A stretch of 64,000 bases of DNA. Origin: Promethearchaeota archaeon (GTDB lineage: Archaea; Asgardarchaeota; Lokiarchaeia; Sigyniarchaeales; SOKP01). Under the pieces are notes generated by a model. That model was not told where the DNA came from, searched no databases, and worked only from the letters and a program-made list of their open reading frames with translations. The stretch lies in NCBI GenBank assembly GCA_016839705.1, contig JAEOTR010000062.1:1-64000 (forward strand), written 5' to 3'. The position numbers and the translations under genes were made by a program. Of this stretch, positions 61,635 through 64,000 are shown one piece after another (the first letter of the stretch is position 1; every line of letters starts with the position of its first letter).

Positions 61635-62114
61635 ATGGAGATTCAAAAAGCAATTTTTGCTGCGGGTTGTTTTTGGGGTGTAGAATCAAAATTCAGAAAA
61701 GTACCGGGTGTCTTATCTACTCGAGTAGGATATACCGGGGGTCAATTTAGCGAACCTACGTATAAGGACGTATGTTCCCTTAAAACGGGCCATGCAGAAG
61801 CTATAGAAATTACGTTTGATCCTTCTAAAGTATCATATGATGAATTACTAGATATATTTTGGTCAATTCACGACCCTACAACATTAAATCGTCAAGGTCC
61901 TGATATCGGTTTACAATATCGATCAGCAATATTCTTCATTAATCACGAGCAAAAAGAGAAAGCTATACGCTCAAAAGATAAAATTGATGCATCTAGGCGC
62001 TTTAAAAAACCAGTAGTGACCCAAATAGTCCCCGCTTCTGATTTTTGGGAAGCAGAAGAATACCACCAGCAATATGACGAAAAAAGGAAAAAACGTTTTA
62101 TATTCAACATCTGA
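61635..62114 (+). CDS. msrA: Peptide methionine (S)-sulfoxide reductase
   Basis: AAGCFWGVE, GHAE, HDPT, QYRS and AEEYHQQY motifs. Confidence 0.96.
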   Translation: MEIQKAIFAAGCFWGVESKFRKVPGVLSTRVGYTGGQFSEPTYKDVCSLKTGHAEAIEITFDPSKVSYDELLDIFWSIHDPTTLNRQGPDIGLQYRSAIFFINHEQKEKAIRSKDKIDASRRFKKPVVTQIVPASDFWEAEEYHQQYDEKRKKRFIFNI

Positions 62115-62153
62115 AACTTTAAATAAATATCTGCCCTATATTTATGCAGGAAA

Positions 62154-62579
62154 ATGAGTCCATCAATAGAAATAAGTGAAATTGTTAAAGGCAAATTGGA
62201 TGAATTCAAAAAAAAAAGCGGTAGTCAATCATATTCAGATACTATAAATATTTGCTTAATTCAATTGAAGCTACTTGAAGATAATCAAAAATTAATCACC
62301 GAAGTTCGTGATACATTAAAATCATTTAGTCCTATTGCTTCTAAAGATACAAAGATGATTGATGCGTTAAGAAATTATGTGAATACTGAGGATAACTCAG
62401 ATAAGTTATCCATGTTCGTAAGATTGATTGATTCGAAAGCCAATTTACATAAACTCTTAGTATCTCAGGGAAAAGTAAGAGAAGCTCAGAATGTGCATTC
62501 TGAATGGAAAGCGTTAGTCGAAGTTGCAAATCTATTGGGTATTGAATCCGAACTTGAAATGATTAAAAAAGAAGTCTAG
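62154..62579 (+). CDS. Hypothetical protein, possible N-terminal ribbon-helix-helix
   Basis: SIEISEIVKGKLDEFK...SYSDTI resembles archaeal RHH/antitoxin N-termini. Confidence 0.55.
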   Translation: MSPSIEISEIVKGKLDEFKKKSGSQSYSDTINICLIQLKLLEDNQKLITEVRDTLKSFSPIASKDTKMIDALRNYVNTEDNSDKLSMFVRLIDSKANLHKLLVSQGKVREAQNVHSEWKALVEVANLLGIESELEMIKKEV

Positions 62580-62690
62580 CTTTTTTCTAAAAAAATTATT
62601 GTTATTTTCTCAAGAGATCTATTTTCTAAATCTTTTAATTTCAACTAAATCATTTTATATATAATCGAAGTATATCTTTATTGAGAGTTC

Positions 62691-63002
62691 ATGTCTGATT
62701 CAGATGATGACTTTGAAAATGATGCTTGGGAGTACTTAGATAAAGTAAAGAATGCTCTTAACGGCTTATTTGAGGTTTTAAATGTAGCGCTAGAGCCAGA
62801 AAACATCTTATATAAATGTGGTGTTGATAACTTAGAGGCACTAAGGAAGGGTTTGATAGAATTGCTTATGAAGGATTTTAACAGCTTGGAATTACAGGAT
62901 ACATTACGTAAGATTGAATTCAATGTTAAAAAATCTTTATTCTTTGAGCCTCCTAAGAAAAACAAGTTTGACGAAAAAAAAGATGAGGAAAAAACAATCT
63001 AG
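62691..63002 (+). CDS. Hypothetical protein
   Basis: 103-aa helical ORF with TTTTATATA upstream. Confidence 0.65.
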   Translation: MSDSDDDFENDAWEYLDKVKNALNGLFEVLNVALEPENILYKCGVDNLEALRKGLIELLMKDFNSLELQDTLRKIEFNVKKSLFFEPPKKNKFDEKKDEEKTI

Positions 63003-63029
63003 ACTTCTTATTTAAATTAGAGTTGTTTC

Positions 63030-63854
63030 CTATTCTTTTATATTAATTTGTGATCGTTTTTTAGGATAGGCTACTTCAGATCTTCTGGTAATAAAAGATT
63101 GATCAAGATCATGAGCCATTCGTTTAGCAATCTTAAAGGGGATACCGAGTGATAAATAACTTTGAGGAAACCAATAATTTCCGGTAGGATCAGTAGGACC
63201 AATAATAATACAATTTTTTGGACCATTTTCAGCCATTCCTGCTGGATATGTCACAAAAGAAGCACATGAAGGACCCCAGGGGATTTGAATATTAACTCCA
63301 TTCTCCGGTCGAAAATGTGCTAAGGAACAGAGATTTCTTATTTGTTCAGGAACCCCGAAACAGATAAAGGTTTTTACTTTAAGATTTTTATCATTTATGC
63401 CATCACATTTTTGCAGTACAGTATACTTCCCAAGAGGTGTAATTTTTCCAATTGATTTTAGCTGTTTTTCAGCCAAGTTAGGATTGGCTATTAAAAATTC
63501 AGCGGCTCCACTTCTAAAATCTTCTGAACCTGTTGATAAAAAATATTTTAGCATTGGGAAAAATCCCTTATAACCAAACCATGCTTGTCCTCCTGGACAA
63601 CAACCCTCCAAATCATCTTCCCCAATATATGCAGTATTGATATTTTCCTGGGCGGATAGGGTAAAAATAGAGTTCGCAATGCACCGATTAATCTTCTTTA
63701 TTGGAGTTGCATCAACAGGAATTGTGTCTGAACCGTAAACGCATAAAACACTTGTCATTAACATCCCTGCTTTAACTAGCTTGAGTCCAATTTCTTTAAT
63801 TGTTAAATCTACCATACTTATCCCATATCCATTTTTCTTTTTCCTATTTGTCAT
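63030..63854 (-). CDS. DUF169 family protein
   Basis: RCI, CCPGG..WFG, PEQIRNL, GPSC and DPT motifs. The true start may be the ATG at 63815. Confidence 0.75.
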   Translation of the reverse strand: MTNRKKKNGYGISMVDLTIKEIGLKLVKAGMLMTSVLCVYGSDTIPVDATPIKKINRCIANSIFTLSAQENINTAYIGEDDLEGCCPGGQAWFGYKGFFPMLKYFLSTGSEDFRSGAAEFLIANPNLAEKQLKSIGKITPLGKYTVLQKCDGINDKNLKVKTFICFGVPEQIRNLCSLAHFRPENGVNIQIPWGPSCASFVTYPAGMAENGPKNCIIIGPTDPTGNYWFPQSYLSLGIPFKIAKRMAHDLDQSFITRRSEVAYPKKRSQINIKE

Positions 63855-64000
63855 AAAATTCTCTTAAAAAATCTTCAGAATTCAAGAAGATCTCACAATC
63901 ACAAAATCCACCTGAATTTCTACAATTTTCCAAAAATTCTTCTTGTTCATCCTTAGGAATATCCATTACTTCTAAAACAATCATTGCATTTGCTAAATTA
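63844..64000 (-). CDS. Partial (3' end) DUF2695-like protein
   Basis: Reads ...EEFLENCRNSGGFCDCEIFLNSEDFLREFYDK*, containing the GGxCDCEI motif. Confidence 0.65.
   Translation of the reverse strand, partial: NLANAMIVLEVMDIPKDEQEEFLENCRNSGGFCDCEIFLNSEDFLREFYDK

Noticed and set aside
61086-62114. Selenocysteine-containing MsrA/MsrB
   Set aside because: The catalytic positions are ordinary Cys codons with no in-frame TGA. No convincing Sec read-through was seen elsewhere in the window.
652-62965. Many short antisense or overlapping ORFs in the track (e.g. 652-855, 2547-2939, 13451-13936, 43878-44228, 60230-60577)
   Set aside because: They lie within well-supported genes on another frame or strand and have no recognisable motifs.
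63844-64000. Apparent frameshift in the DUF2695-like gene
   Set aside because: Recounting the homopolymer (five A at 63932-63936) shows a continuous reading frame.

Overview
AT-rich, gene-dense archaeal chromosomal segment with GGTGA/GGAGG Shine-Dalgarno motifs and oligo-T terminators. It is most consistent with an Asgard archaeon (Lokiarchaeia-like), because it encodes several eukaryotic-signature proteins: a gelsolin-domain protein, two Rab-like GTPases (one degenerate) and four longin/DENN-like proteins. Main blocks: (1) gelsolin-X gene, a divergent pair of RNase J-like beta-CASP genes, a cold-shock protein, a Rab-like GTPase and an orphan type III-like DNA methyltransferase; (2) iorAB followed by five tandem ICMT/PEMT-family membrane methyltransferases; (3) a ~13-kb deoxyhexose locus: cytochrome b561 - AOR - FucA-like aldolase - FucI - two GH29 - UroD-family gene, converging on GH78 and a rhamnulo/fuculokinase; (4) a lipid-catabolism region (S1P-lyase-like, SDR, acyl-CoA dehydrogenases, enoyl-CoA hydratase, TetR) with a shared palindromic operator; (5) low-complexity and repeat proteins, microproteins absent from the ORF track (one with WASP-like DDEWD motifs), and msrB/msrA. 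No rRNA, tRNA, CRISPR array or transposase was seen. All family calls rest on motif recognition by eye; no database searches were run.
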